This document shows, one piece after another, positions 28,379 through 38,524 of a DNA stretch of 64,000 nucleotides. The first letter of the stretch is position 1, and each line of letters begins with the position of its first letter. The stretch is from Oscillospiraceae bacterium (GTDB lineage: Bacteria > Bacillota > Clostridia > Oscillospirales > Ruminococcaceae): the NCBI GenBank assembly GCA_036661035.1, contig JAVWZM010000001.1:3022-67021 (forward strand). The letters are read 5' to 3'. Made by a program: the position numbers and the translations under genes. The notes under the pieces are model-generated. The model ran no database searches, was not told the origin of the DNA, and saw only the letters and a program-made list of their open reading frames with translations.

Positions 28379-29052
28379 TAGCAGATACAGCAATACTTGA
28401 AAAAGCCATCAATTACACCTTTAACGATAAACAGCTATTGGAAACTGCCCTAACCCATACGTCCTATGCAAACGAAGCAAAGCATCATATGAAGCATAAT
28501 GAGCGTTTGGAGTTTTTGGGAGATTCTGTTTTATCCATAGTGGTGGCGGAATATTTATTTACACATAAAAACCTTGCCGAGGGCGAGCTTACGCGCATGC
28601 GTGCCAGCCTTGTGTGCGAGGGCGCGCTGTTTGAGTTTGCAAAGCAAATAGACCTTGGCAGTTTTTTGCATCTTGGTCGCGGCGAAGAAAAAGCAGGAGG
28701 CAGGCAGCGCGCAAGCATTGTGTCAGACGCCTTTGAGGCACTGATTGCCGCTATTTATCTCGACAGCGGCTTTGACGAGGCTAAGGCTTTTATCTTGCCC
28801 TTTGTAACGGCAACCTTAACGGAGGCAGCCGCAGAGGAGGATTATAAAACACGCCTACAAGAAATAGTGCAGCAAAATCCAGAGGAGCGTTTGCGCTATC
28901 ATGTGGCGGCAGAGCATGGCCCCGACCATAACAAAAGCTTTACCGTAGAAGTGTATCTAAATTCAAATTGCATTGGCAGCGGCGAAGGCCACAGCAAAAA
29001 AGCAGCCGAGCAAGATGCCGCCAAGGAAGCCCTTGCGCTTATGGGGTACTGA
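28375..29052 (+). CDS. rnc: ribonuclease III
   Basis: NERLEFLGDSVL signature plus a C-terminal dsRBD (GSGEGHSKKAAEQDAAKEAL). Confidence 0.93.
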   Translation: MIADTAILEKAINYTFNDKQLLETALTHTSYANEAKHHMKHNERLEFLGDSVLSIVVAEYLFTHKNLAEGELTRMRASLVCEGALFEFAKQIDLGSFLHLGRGEEKAGGRQRASIVSDAFEALIAAIYLDSGFDEAKAFILPFVTATLTEAAAEEDYKTRLQEIVQQNPEERLRYHVAAEHGPDHNKSFTVEVYLNSNCIGSGEGHSKKAAEQDAAKEALALMGY

Positions 29053-30062
29053 TGAAAAAACACGCTAATTTAAGCATTTTTGTGCCGCATGCAGGCTGTA
29101 AGCATTTGTGCAGCTTTTGCGACCAAAATATTATTTCCGCCAAAGAAAAGCCGCCGCAGCCCCTTGAGGTAACTGCGCTTTGCGAAGAATTTTTGCCGCA
29201 AAACGGCGAAAACACCGAGATAGCATTTTTTGGCGGCAGCTTTACGGCGATAGAGCCTGTATATCGCGAGGCACTTTTGCGCGCCGCATATCCCTTTGTG
29301 CAAAAGGGCAGAGCCATGGGCATACGCATTTCCACTCGCCCTGACGCCATAGACGCGGATATTTTAGCTCAGCTAAAGGCATACGGCGTTACCGCAATAG
29401 AGCTTGGCGCCCAAAGCATGGACGACGAGGTGCTAAAGCTAAACAGACGCGGCCACACGGCAGACGACGTGCGCCGCGCATCGGCGGAAATTAAGGCGGC
29501 AGGCTTTGAGCTTGGCCTACAGATGATGCCGGGGCTATATGGCGAGGGTAATCCGAGGGAAAGCGCGGTGGACACCATGACGAAGCTTTTGGCGTGCGCA
29601 CCTGCGACTATGCGCATTTATCCGGCGGTAACCCTTGAGGGCACACATTTGGCACAGCTTTATAAAGAGGGGCTTTATACGCCTCTTACCATAGAAAAAG
29701 CCGCAGATATTTCGGCGGAGCTTTTGCTTATGTGCGAGGCGGCAGACGTGCGTGTAATACGCATGGGGCTTGCGGCAGACGAGGGCTTAAAGGGCAAGGT
29801 GCTTGCAGGGCCGTATCACCCTGCCTTTAGGCAGCTTTGCGAGAGCGAAATATTTTATTCTGCCATTGCAAAAAGGCTTTACGCATTACCCAAAGGGCAG
29901 TATAATATCTATGTTGCGCAAAATGCGCGCAGCAACGCCGCAGGGCAAAAAAACACTAATATCAGCCGATTTGCAAAGCTTGGCTACAAAATCGGTTTTA
30001 AAGAAAGCACAAGGCTAAAGGCGCGAGCATTTACAATAGAGGAAGTGAAAATATGGTCTTAA
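29052..30062 (+). CDS. radical SAM protein (Elp3/MiaB-like family member found between rnc and smc)
   Basis: MKKHANLSIFVPHAGCKHLCSFCDQ carries the CxxxCxxC motif. The ATG overlaps the rnc TGA by 1 nt. The track start at 28968 lies inside rnc. Confidence 0.75.
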   Translation: MKKHANLSIFVPHAGCKHLCSFCDQNIISAKEKPPQPLEVTALCEEFLPQNGENTEIAFFGGSFTAIEPVYREALLRAAYPFVQKGRAMGIRISTRPDAIDADILAQLKAYGVTAIELGAQSMDDEVLKLNRRGHTADDVRRASAEIKAAGFELGLQMMPGLYGEGNPRESAVDTMTKLLACAPATMRIYPAVTLEGTHLAQLYKEGLYTPLTIEKAADISAELLLMCEAADVRVIRMGLAADEGLKGKVLAGPYHPAFRQLCESEIFYSAIAKRLYALPKGQYNIYVAQNARSNAAGQKNTNISRFAKLGYKIGFKESTRLKARAFTIEEVKIWS

Positions 30063-33000
30063 AAGCACTGGAAATACAGGGCTTTAAGTCGTTCCCCGAC
30101 AGAACAAAGGTTACATTCGATAAGGGCATTACAGCAGTGGTAGGCCCAAACGGCAGCGGCAAAAGCAATATTTCCGATGCCATTAGATGGGTGCTTGGAG
30201 AAACCAGCTCAAAGCAGCTGCGTGGCGGCGGCAAAATGGAGGACGTTATCTTCGGCGGCACACAAAAGCGCAGTGCCATGGGCTTTGCGGCTGTAAATTT
30301 AATTGTAGACAACACCGATAGGCGCGTAGATGTGGATAACGACGAGGTTATAATAGGCCGAAAATACTATCGCTCAGGCGACAGCGAATACAGCATCAAC
30401 GGGCAAAATGTGCGTTTAAAAGACATATACGAGCTTTTTCTTGATACAGGCCTTGGGCGCGACGGATATTCCATTATCGGCCAAGGGCGCATATCTGAAA
30501 TAGTGGGCGCAAAATCTGCCGAAAGGCGAGAGATATTTGAAGAAGCATCTGGCATAGCAAGATATCGTTATCGCAAAAATGAGGCGGAGCGCCGCCTTGC
30601 AAGCGCAGAGGATAACCTTGTGCGCCTGCGTGATATTTTGGCGGAGCTAGAGGAGCGTGTAGGCCCTTTAGAGCGCGACTGCAAAAAGGCAAAGCAGTTT
30701 CTGGAGCTTTCGGATAAGCGCAAAAGCTACGAGGTAACGCTGTGGGTAGATACTATCCAAAAAGCAAAGGATACCGTGCGTGAGCAGCAGCGCAAAATAG
30801 AAATTGCCACCCAAGATTATGATAACCAAAGTGCCGAAATAGAGGAGATAGACCGCAGCACAGAGGCGGTGCGCCTTGAAATTCAGCATATGATAGTGGA
30901 TATAGAACGGCTTAATGCCGAGATACGCACAGTTACCGAGGAGGTATCGGGCTGTGACGCGCAAATAGCTGTACTTAATAACGATATTGCGCATAATAAC
31001 GAAAGCATTGTAGGATTAAAGCAAGAGCTTTTGCAAAGCAATATCGGCGGCGAAGCCATAAGCGCCGAAAGCGAAAACCATAATAAGATAATCGCCGAAT
31101 GTGAAGGCAAAATAGCGGATTTTGATGTGCGCATCACGCAAATGGACAAGCTTTTGTCGGAGCTTTTGCAAAAAAGCGCGGCAACAGGCGAGCGTCGCGG
31201 CGTGGTAGCGTCACGCATTATGGAGCTTGGAAATACCGTAACGGCAAATAAAATAAGCGCGGCGGCGGCAATCTCGGGCAGCGAGGCGGCTAAAACACGT
31301 ATGGAGGCTGCAAAGGTAAGCAGCGAAGAAAACAAAGCCGCCATTTTGGATTTGTCCTCGCAAAAAGAGGATACAGATGCGTTTTTAAAAACCACACTAG
31401 ATAGCCTTGCAAGGCTGGAAAACATAAAAGCCGGCCTTACCATGAAGCTGGATAGCCGCAAAAAAGCACTGCAAGACGCAGATATTAAAGAGCAGGCAAT
31501 CTCGCGTTCTATCGAGGCGGCGCAGCAGCGCGCAAATATGCTCTCGGAGCTTGAGAAAAACCTGGACGGCTTTCAAAGCAGTGTAAAATCTGTAATAAAG
31601 GCGTCGCGGGACCACCGTTTGCGCGGAATTATTGGGCCTGTTTCGTCTATTTTAACAGTGAAAAACGGCTACGAGGTTGCCATAGAAACAGCACTTGGCT
31701 TTGCACTGCAAAACGTGGTGGTGGAAAACGAAAGCGCCGCAAAGGCGGCAATGGCAATGCTGCGCGACGAAAAAGCAGGCAGAGCAACGTTTTTGCCCCT
31801 TGATACCATGAAGGGCAGCTATTTCGACAAGGCAAAGCTTTCAGGCAGTGCTGTGTGTGCGGCGGATATAGTAAGCTACGATAAGCGTTTCGACAATGTG
31901 GTTTCCAACCTTTTGGGGCGCATTATCATAGTGGACGATATCAACGAGGCATCACGCATTGCCCGTGCCCTTGATTATCACAACCGTATTGTCACACGGG
32001 ACGGGCAGGTTATAAACGCAGGTGGCTCGTTTACAGGGGGCAGCATTTCGCGCTCCGCAGGGCTTTTTTCTCGCAAGCAAGAGATAGACGATTTGCGCGC
32101 CGAGGTAAAGGCACTAATGCAAAAGCGTGAGCAGGCAGAAGAAATAACCGACAAATTAAAGGCAGAGGTAACCGCGCTTTCGGCAGACCTTGTTGCTACA
32201 GACAGTGAGGGCATTACCGCAGGCGGCGACAAAATACGCTGTGAGGTAGAGCTTACCCGTATTAATTCTGCCTTAGAAACGGCTAAAAACGCGGAAACAC
32301 AGCTTAATAACGAATGTAAACGGCTACTGGAGCAAATAGAGCAAAGCGGCATTACTTTTGCTGCGGCAGAAAAAGCAATGCAAGACGCCGAGGGCGAAAT
32401 GGCAGTGCTTGAAAAAGAAATGTCTGCCATTACAGGTGACGACGACGGCTTTAACGAAACGCGCACTCGCCTTGCAAGCGAATTGTCCGAGCTTAAAATG
32501 CAGCGTCTTGCCACAGAAAAAGATATAGATTTACACAAAAACGCACTTGCGTCTTTAAGTGGGCGCGTGGGCGAGGCAGAGGCACGCAGGCAGGCAATAG
32601 CAGAGAACGTGGCGCGCCTTGAAAGCCTAAATACCGAAAATGCAGAAAAAATATCTTCTATCGAAACGGCAGTTGCAACCAGCCGTGAGGATATTAAGGC
32701 ACGCGAAAATGCCATAACCGAAACCACGCAAAAACGCCTTGCAAAAGAGGGCGAAATTACTGGGCAAACGGCGCGTGTGCGCAAAATAACCGATGCGCGT
32801 GAGGAACTTTCTCGCGAGGTGGCGCGCCTTACAGAGCGCAAAACCGCCCTTGAAACAGAGTACGACCAAACCATTGCAAAGCTTTGGGAGGAATACGAGC
32901 TTACTCTTGGCGATGCGCAGGGCTACTGCGTAGAGTTCGACACTATTACAGAGCTACGCCGCATGGTGGGCGAGGTGCGCGGCAAAATAAAAGCACTTGG

Positions 33001-33613
33001 CAATGTAAACGTGGGCGCAATAGAAGAATATGCCGAGGTAAGCGAACGCTATACCTTTATGCGCACACAGGTAAACGACGTGGAAAAGAGCAAGTCGGAG
33101 CTTGAAAAAATGATAGATGGCCTTTGCACCGAGATGAAAGCGATGTTTGCAGACAGCTTTGCAAATATCAACCAAAACTTTAAGCGCATTTTTAAAGAGC
33201 TTTTTGGCGGCGGCACAGCCGAGCTTACCCTTACCGACAGCGAGGATATTTTGGAAAGCGGTATAGAAATTGAAGTGGCACCACCGGGCAAGATAATCAA
33301 AAATCTGCAAAGCCTGTCGGGCGGCGAGCAATCCCTTGTAGCTATTTCCATATATTTTGCTATTTTGGCGGTAAACCCTGCACCGTTCTGCATTTTGGAC
33401 GAAATAGAGGCGGCTCTCGACGACGTAAACGTTACACGCTATGCCCAATATTTGCGCCGCATTACAGGGCACACACAGTTCATTGTTATTACACATCGTC
33501 GTGGTACAATGGAAGAAGCAGACGTGCTATATGGCGTTACCATGCAGGAGGACGGCGTATCTAAGCTTTTAAAGCTGGACCTAGAGCATGTGGACGCAAG
33601 CCTTGTAACGTAG
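30053..33613 (+). CDS. smc: chromosome segregation protein SMC
   Basis: 1186 aa with a Walker A (GPNGSGKSN), long coiled coils, a hinge, and the C-terminal LSGGEQSLVAI signature with Walker B. Confidence 0.95.
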   Translation: MVLKALEIQGFKSFPDRTKVTFDKGITAVVGPNGSGKSNISDAIRWVLGETSSKQLRGGGKMEDVIFGGTQKRSAMGFAAVNLIVDNTDRRVDVDNDEVIIGRKYYRSGDSEYSINGQNVRLKDIYELFLDTGLGRDGYSIIGQGRISEIVGAKSAERREIFEEASGIARYRYRKNEAERRLASAEDNLVRLRDILAELEERVGPLERDCKKAKQFLELSDKRKSYEVTLWVDTIQKAKDTVREQQRKIEIATQDYDNQSAEIEEIDRSTEAVRLEIQHMIVDIERLNAEIRTVTEEVSGCDAQIAVLNNDIAHNNESIVGLKQELLQSNIGGEAISAESENHNKIIAECEGKIADFDVRITQMDKLLSELLQKSAATGERRGVVASRIMELGNTVTANKISAAAAISGSEAAKTRMEAAKVSSEENKAAILDLSSQKEDTDAFLKTTLDSLARLENIKAGLTMKLDSRKKALQDADIKEQAISRSIEAAQQRANMLSELEKNLDGFQSSVKSVIKASRDHRLRGIIGPVSSILTVKNGYEVAIETALGFALQNVVVENESAAKAAMAMLRDEKAGRATFLPLDTMKGSYFDKAKLSGSAVCAADIVSYDKRFDNVVSNLLGRIIIVDDINEASRIARALDYHNRIVTRDGQVINAGGSFTGGSISRSAGLFSRKQEIDDLRAEVKALMQKREQAEEITDKLKAEVTALSADLVATDSEGITAGGDKIRCEVELTRINSALETAKNAETQLNNECKRLLEQIEQSGITFAAAEKAMQDAEGEMAVLEKEMSAITGDDDGFNETRTRLASELSELKMQRLATEKDIDLHKNALASLSGRVGEAEARRQAIAENVARLESLNTENAEKISSIETAVATSREDIKARENAITETTQKRLAKEGEITGQTARVRKITDAREELSREVARLTERKTALETEYDQTIAKLWEEYELTLGDAQGYCVEFDTITELRRMVGEVRGKIKALGNVNVGAIEEYAEVSERYTFMRTQVNDVEKSKSELEKMIDGLCTEMKAMFADSFANINQNFKRIFKELFGGGTAELTLTDSEDILESGIEIEVAPPGKIIKNLQSLSGGEQSLVAISIYFAILAVNPAPFCILDEIEAALDDVNVTRYAQYLRRITGHTQFIVITHRRGTMEEADVLYGVTMQEDGVSKLLKLDLEHVDASLVT

Positions 33614-33684
33614 TAATTATGGCAGCGTAAATATTTACGGTGCTTATACAAAGCGCAGAGCAAAATAAAAAACTGGAGGCAATC

Positions 33685-34596
33685 ATGGGCTTTTTTGATA
33701 AACTTGGCGAAGGCTTGCGCAAAACGCGCAAGGGCATTTTTGCCACAATAGGCGAAATGATAAACGCAGGCGAAATTACAGACGAGCTTTACGATGAGCT
33801 GGAGGAACAATTAATTTTGGCGGATACAGGCGCAGACGTAGCCGCAGACCTTGTAAGCGAGCTAAAGCAAGAGGTGCGTCACGAACATATTAAAACAGGC
33901 AGCGGTGCCCTTGACGCGCTGAAAAAAATAATATTCAATATGATAAATACCGATAGCCAGATGGAAATGTCGGGCATGCCGGCGGTTATTTTGGTAATAG
34001 GCGTGAATGGCGTTGGCAAAACCACATCTATTGCAAAGCTTGCACATTTGTATAAAGACGGGGGCAAGCGTGTAATGTTGGCGGCAGGCGATACCTTTCG
34101 CGCCGCGGCAAGCGAGCAGCTTTGCGTGTGGGCAGAGCGTGCAAACGTGCCTGTGGTAAAGCACGCAGAGGGTGCGGATCCGGCGGCGGTTATCTACGAC
34201 GCAGTTTCCTCGGCGGCGGCAAAGGGCTATGATATAGTTATCTGCGATACCGCAGGGCGGCTGCATAATAAAAAGAACCTAATGGACGAGCTGTCTAAAA
34301 TAAGCCGCGTTGTTAAAAAAGCCTGCGACAAAGCAAGCGTGGAAACCTTGCTGGTGCTAGACGCTATCACAGGGCAAAATGCTATCAGCCAAGCAAGCAG
34401 CTTTATAGACGCCGCAAACGCCACAGGCATTATATTAACAAAGCTGGACGGCACGGCAAAGGGCGGTGCTGTTATCAGCATTAAAGCAAAGCTTGGCCTA
34501 CCTGTGCGCTTTGTGGGCGTGGGCGAAGGAATAGACGATTTAATGCCATTTAACGCAAACGATTTTGTGGACGCTTTGTTTTTAAAAGAGGAATAA
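33685..34596 (+). CDS. ftsY: signal recognition particle receptor FtsY
   Basis: MGFFDKLGEGLRKTRKG..., GVNGVGKTTSIAKLA, DTAGRLHNK and TKLDGTAKGG. The start follows a GGAGG SD. Confidence 0.92.
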   Translation: MGFFDKLGEGLRKTRKGIFATIGEMINAGEITDELYDELEEQLILADTGADVAADLVSELKQEVRHEHIKTGSGALDALKKIIFNMINTDSQMEMSGMPAVILVIGVNGVGKTTSIAKLAHLYKDGGKRVMLAAGDTFRAAASEQLCVWAERANVPVVKHAEGADPAAVIYDAVSSAAAKGYDIVICDTAGRLHNKKNLMDELSKISRVVKKACDKASVETLLVLDAITGQNAISQASSFIDAANATGIILTKLDGTAKGGAVISIKAKLGLPVRFVGVGEGIDDLMPFNANDFVDALFLKEE

Positions 34597-34598
34597 TT

Positions 34599-35273
34599 AT
34601 GGAATTTATCGCGGCTACCAATAACGTGGGCAAGCTAAAAGAGCTGCGCCGCATCTTGGAAAAAATGGGGCATATAGTGGTAAGCCTAAAAGAGGCAGGC
34701 ATTGATATAGACGTGGAAGAAACAGGCGCAACCTTTGAGGAAAACGCAAGGATAAAGGCGAAGGCTGTGTGCAAGCTAACAAATAAGCCCACCATTGCAG
34801 ACGATAGCGGCCTTGTGGTAGACGCTTTAGGCGGCGCGCCGGGCGTGTATTCGGCAAGATACAGCGGAGTGCATGGCGACGACGAGGCAAACAACGACAA
34901 GCTTTTGCACGAAATGCGCCAAGTGCCAAGGGGCGAGCGAGCCGCGGCGTTTGTAAGCGCAGTGGCTGTATATATGCCAAACGGCAGCAATTTAATTGTA
35001 AAAGGTGAATGTAAGGGATATATTGGCTTTACGCGTAAAGGCACAAACGGCTTTGGCTACGATCCGCTTTTTAACGTTGATGAATATGACGGGCGCAGCT
35101 ACGCAGAGCTTACGGACGAAGAAAAAGACACAATAAGCCATAGAGGTAAAGCACTAAATCTACTTAAAATAGGCTTGCCCGGTATTATGGGCGATGAAAT
35201 TTGCGCGGCATCACTTGGAGTTATCCAAGGGCACGACGCAAAACTGAAAGGAACAAACTATGCTAACAAGTAA
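34599..35273 (+). CDS. rdgB: XTP/dITP diphosphatase (RdgB/HAM1 family)
   Basis: FIAATNNVGKLKELRRIL...ETGATFEENARIKA...DDSGLVVDALGGAPGVYSARY...GFGYDPLF. Confidence 0.88.
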   Translation: MEFIAATNNVGKLKELRRILEKMGHIVVSLKEAGIDIDVEETGATFEENARIKAKAVCKLTNKPTIADDSGLVVDALGGAPGVYSARYSGVHGDDEANNDKLLHEMRQVPRGERAAAFVSAVAVYMPNGSNLIVKGECKGYIGFTRKGTNGFGYDPLFNVDEYDGRSYAELTDEEKDTISHRGKALNLLKIGLPGIMGDEICAASLGVIQGHDAKLKGTNYANK

Positions 35274-35556
35274 ACAACGCGCAATTTTGCGCAAAGAGGC
35301 AAATGCACTTGATCCTGTATTTCAAATAGGCAAGGGCGAAATAGACGAGATGCTGATAAAATCTACAAGCGACTGCCTTGCGGCACGGGAGCTGATAAAG
35401 CTAAAGGTGCTTGAGGCAAGCGCATACAACGCAAAAGAGGCAGCGGCAATATTGGCAGAGGCAACCCAAAGCGAAAGCGTGCAGGTAATAGGCTCTAAGC
35501 TGGTGCTTTACAAACAAAAGAAAAAGGACAGCAAATATGCTGATTTGCTAAAATGA
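35260..35556 (+). CDS. yhbY: ribosome assembly RNA-binding protein YhbY (CRM domain)
   Basis: LTSKQRAILRKEANALDPVFQIGKGEIDE...ARELIKLKV. Confidence 0.85.
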   Translation: MLTSKQRAILRKEANALDPVFQIGKGEIDEMLIKSTSDCLAARELIKLKVLEASAYNAKEAAAILAEATQSESVQVIGSKLVLYKQKKKDSKYADLLK

Positions 35557-36161
35557 TTAGGAATATCCTGTTATTCGGCGGCACTTTTGATCCTGTGCAT
35601 AATGGGCATATTGCGCTTTTGCAAAATGCGTACAATTTAGTACACCCAGACCTTACTTTGATTATCCCGTCGTCGCTGCCGCCCCATAAAGACGCCGCAA
35701 AAACACAAGCTGCCATGCGCATGGAAATGTGCAAGGCGCTTGCAAATGCAGTGCCGAATGCAAAGGTGGACGATATAGAGCTTTTGCGAAAGGGACGTTC
35801 GTATACTGTGGATACTGTGGCACAGCTTTGCCAACAATATAAAGGCGCAAGATTTTATTTTTGCGTCGGCAGCGATATGCTTTTGTATTTTAGCCACTGG
35901 AAAAGCTGGCAAACGCTTTTGTCGGCGGTTACGTTAGTGGTGCAAAGCCGCCAAGATGCAGATATGCGCGCAGTGCAAAAAGAAGCTTTGCGGCTTGTCG
36001 GCTTGGGCGGGCGGATTTTACTGGCAAAAGAACAGCCTGTAGAAATGTCGTCCACGCTTTTGCGCGAGATGATTTATAATAACCAAGATATCACAAATGC
36101 GGTGCCGCCGAGTGTCGCATTGCTGATAAGCCAAAACAATCTGTATAAAAACGGGGAATGA
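35553..36161 (+). CDS. nadD: nicotinate-nucleotide adenylyltransferase
   Basis: LLFGGTFDPVHNGHI... and the SSTLLREM motif. Confidence 0.9.
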   Translation: MIRNILLFGGTFDPVHNGHIALLQNAYNLVHPDLTLIIPSSLPPHKDAAKTQAAMRMEMCKALANAVPNAKVDDIELLRKGRSYTVDTVAQLCQQYKGARFYFCVGSDMLLYFSHWKSWQTLLSAVTLVVQSRQDADMRAVQKEALRLVGLGGRILLAKEQPVEMSSTLLREMIYNNQDITNAVPPSVALLISQNNLYKNGE

Positions 36162-36164
36162 CAA

Positions 36165-36737
36165 TTGATTACCAAAAAACAGGCAAGGCAGCTCAGCAAA
36201 AAAAATCTTTCTGCAAGGCGGTATGAGCATACGCTTAATGTGGAAAAAATGGCGATAAGACTAGCAAAGCTTTATGATGAGGACGTAGAGGCAGCGTCTA
36301 TCGCGGCACTTTTACATGATATTGCAAAAGAAAAACCAAGGCAGGAATTATTGCAGATTATTCAAGATGATGCTATAATAGCTGCATCTTGTGAAAAAAG
36401 CCCACCCACTGTATGGCACGGTGCGGCAGCGGCTGTATTGGCAAATAGGGAATACGGCGTTGATAATGAGGATATTTTAAACGCAATTCGTTATCATTCT
36501 ACAGGCCGTGCAGGCATGTCTTGCTTAGAAAAAATTATCTATATGGCAGATATGGTTAGCGAGGAACGGCAATATCCCGAGGCGGAATATCTTAGAGGGC
36601 GAGTGCTTAAAAACCTAAACGAGGGTACACTAGAGGCGCTTCGCATCAGCATAGATTGGATAAAGCAAGACGGAAAGCCACTGGACGAAGAAACCGTTGC
36701 CGCATATGAGGCACTGAAAAGCTTTTATAATAATTAA
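36165..36737 (+). CDS. yqeK: HD-domain bis(5'-nucleosyl)-tetraphosphatase YqeK
   Basis: RYEHTLNVEKMA...ALLHDIAKE...RYHSTGRAGMS...IYMADMV is an HD fold. The gene follows nadD. Apparent TTG start. Confidence 0.85.
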   Translation: MITKKQARQLSKKNLSARRYEHTLNVEKMAIRLAKLYDEDVEAASIAALLHDIAKEKPRQELLQIIQDDAIIAASCEKSPPTVWHGAAAAVLANREYGVDNEDILNAIRYHSTGRAGMSCLEKIIYMADMVSEERQYPEAEYLRGRVLKNLNEGTLEALRISIDWIKQDGKPLDEETVAAYEALKSFYNN

Positions 36738-36749
36738 ATCGGTTTTATT

Positions 36750-37940
36750 TTGGAGGAAATGCTTTTGAGCAATAGAAACGACGGATATAACACATCTCGT
36801 AATATCAACACAGCAAAAGCGACACATGGCACAAACCCACATGCCGCAGGATATAAAGGCAACCCACAGCCGCAAAGGCCGCAGAGCCGTGGTTCAAAGC
36901 GCAAAAAGTCCAAAGCACGCGGCTGCTTAATCGCTACGCTTTGCATCATGCTGGCAGTGCTTGTGCCCCTTGGTGGTATTTATATGTGGGTGTCGTCCAA
37001 TATTAACAGCGGCGAGGACGGCTCTATCAGAGAAGAAATTAAAACAGCACCTGAATTTAAGGGTGATGTTGTCAATATACTTGTGGCGGGCATCGACTAT
37101 GAAGAAGGCCGTCAGGCAAAGCTTACAGACATGATAATGTATGTGCATTTTGATGTGAAGAATAATACCTTCAACATGTTCCAAATTCCCCGTGATACCT
37201 TTGTGGGGGAAGATTTATCCACAGGTAAAACGGGTAAAATAAACGCTTTATACTGGAACGCACCCGATAAAGACAACCGCATGGGTGCCGTTACAGACGC
37301 TATTGCAGACCAGTTTAAACTGCCAATAGATTATTATGCCACTATCGAAATGGAAAGCATGAAGCTGATTGTTGACATTATCGGCGGCATAGACGTGTAT
37401 GTGCCACGCGATATGGAATATAAAGGCAGCAAGCTGGAAAAGGGTATGCGCAGGCTGGACGGTGACGCGGCAGAATTTTTTGTGCGCAATCGTCATGGCA
37501 GCGGCTTTGAGCGTGCGGATATCGACCGTCTTGAAATGCAAAGATATTTCTATTCGGCACTGTTTAGAAGCCTTCGCACGCTGACGGTGGGCGATTTGAT
37601 GAAGCTGATGCCTGTGCTTTTGTATAATATAAAAACCGATATGTCGCCGGAAATCTGCATGGGGCTTGGCGCAAAGCTGCTTAAAGTGCCAAGCAGTAAT
37701 ATTATGATGTGCCGCATGCCGATATTTGCGGCGGCGGAAAAATATAATAATCTTTCCATTGTAGTGGCGGCACCAAACGAAATAGCCGAGGTGCTGAACA
37801 CCTATTTCAGAACCTACACAGAGCCTGTACCGGCAGAATCTCTCAACCTTGCACCGTGGCCGACAACAGGCAGTGTAATAGACGCCGCAGTGCAGTATAT
37901 GGGCGAAATAGATGCAGACGGTGGGGCGCCTGCCGCATAA
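36750..37940 (+). CDS. LytR-CpsA-Psr (LCP) family protein
   Basis: A basic N-terminal tail, one TM segment, then NILVAGIDYEEGR...TDMIMYVHFD...IPRDT, the LCP core. The exact start is uncertain (TTG 36750, ATG 36759 or TTG 36765 after GGAGG). Confidence 0.8.
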   Translation: MEEMLLSNRNDGYNTSRNINTAKATHGTNPHAAGYKGNPQPQRPQSRGSKRKKSKARGCLIATLCIMLAVLVPLGGIYMWVSSNINSGEDGSIREEIKTAPEFKGDVVNILVAGIDYEEGRQAKLTDMIMYVHFDVKNNTFNMFQIPRDTFVGEDLSTGKTGKINALYWNAPDKDNRMGAVTDAIADQFKLPIDYYATIEMESMKLIVDIIGGIDVYVPRDMEYKGSKLEKGMRRLDGDAAEFFVRNRHGSGFERADIDRLEMQRYFYSALFRSLRTLTVGDLMKLMPVLLYNIKTDMSPEICMGLGAKLLKVPSSNIMMCRMPIFAAAEKYNNLSIVVAAPNEIAEVLNTYFRTYTEPVPAESLNLAPWPTTGSVIDAAVQYMGEIDADGGAPAA

Positions 37941-38003
37941 ATTTATTTAAGTTAATACAAATAAAACCGAAGAAATCAGCGTAAAAATGAAGGAGAAAAA
38001 TAG

Positions 38004-38357
38004 ATGGATTCAAAAGAATTGGCAATAAAAATAGCAACTATACTTGATACAAAAAAGGCAACAAAGGTAAAGGTGCTTAAAGTGCGCGACCTTACTATTA
38101 TTGCGGATTATTTCGTAATAGCAAGCGGCACATCGTCCACCCACGTAAGGAGCCTTTCGGACGAGGCGGAATTTCAGCTTAAAGAGCAGGGCATAGTGCC
38201 AATCCGCACAGAGGGCTTTAACACGCAAAACTGGTTTATATTGGATTATGGCACGGTAATAGTGCATGTGTTCAGCCCTGATGCACGAGATTTTTACGAT
38301 TTGGATCATCTGTGGGCAGACGGCGAGGCAGTAGAGCTTGGCTTTATTGAAGAATAA
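38004..38357 (+). CDS. rsfS: ribosome silencing factor RsfS
   Basis: A 117-aa IojAP-family sequence (DYFVIASGTSSTHVRSLSDE...WFILDYGTVIVHVF). Confidence 0.9.
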   Translation: MDSKELAIKIATILDTKKATKVKVLKVRDLTIIADYFVIASGTSSTHVRSLSDEAEFQLKEQGIVPIRTEGFNTQNWFILDYGTVIVHVFSPDARDFYDLDHLWADGEAVELGFIEE

Positions 38358-38524
38358 TATAGCGCAAATTAGCACCTTGCAAAGCATGAATTAGTATAAA
38401 TACCGCAATTTTGCTTTAGATTGTTCTACTTAAAGCCTCGTCTTTGCTGTATGCAATTAGACAAAAGGCTCGAGTACAAGGACAATAATAAGCCAAGTTG
38501 CTATAATGTTGGAGTGATAACGCC

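Noticed and set aside
28968-29051. Upstream extensions of several track ORFs: 28968 (radical SAM), 17291 (glpP), 33640 (ftsY), 52583 (tcdA), 51397 (DUF47), 4725 (serC), 55418 (pstA), 6433 (padR).
   Set aside because: In each case an internal Met preceded by a good Shine-Dalgarno coincides with the start of family-typical sequence. The extension either overlaps the previous gene or has no protein-like character.
38358-38524. Expected T-box leader upstream of leuS.
   Set aside because: The gap is only ~165 nt. I could not find the conserved T-box sequence, a specifier-loop architecture or a terminator/antiterminator pair. A TGCTATAAT-like -10 sits close to the start instead.
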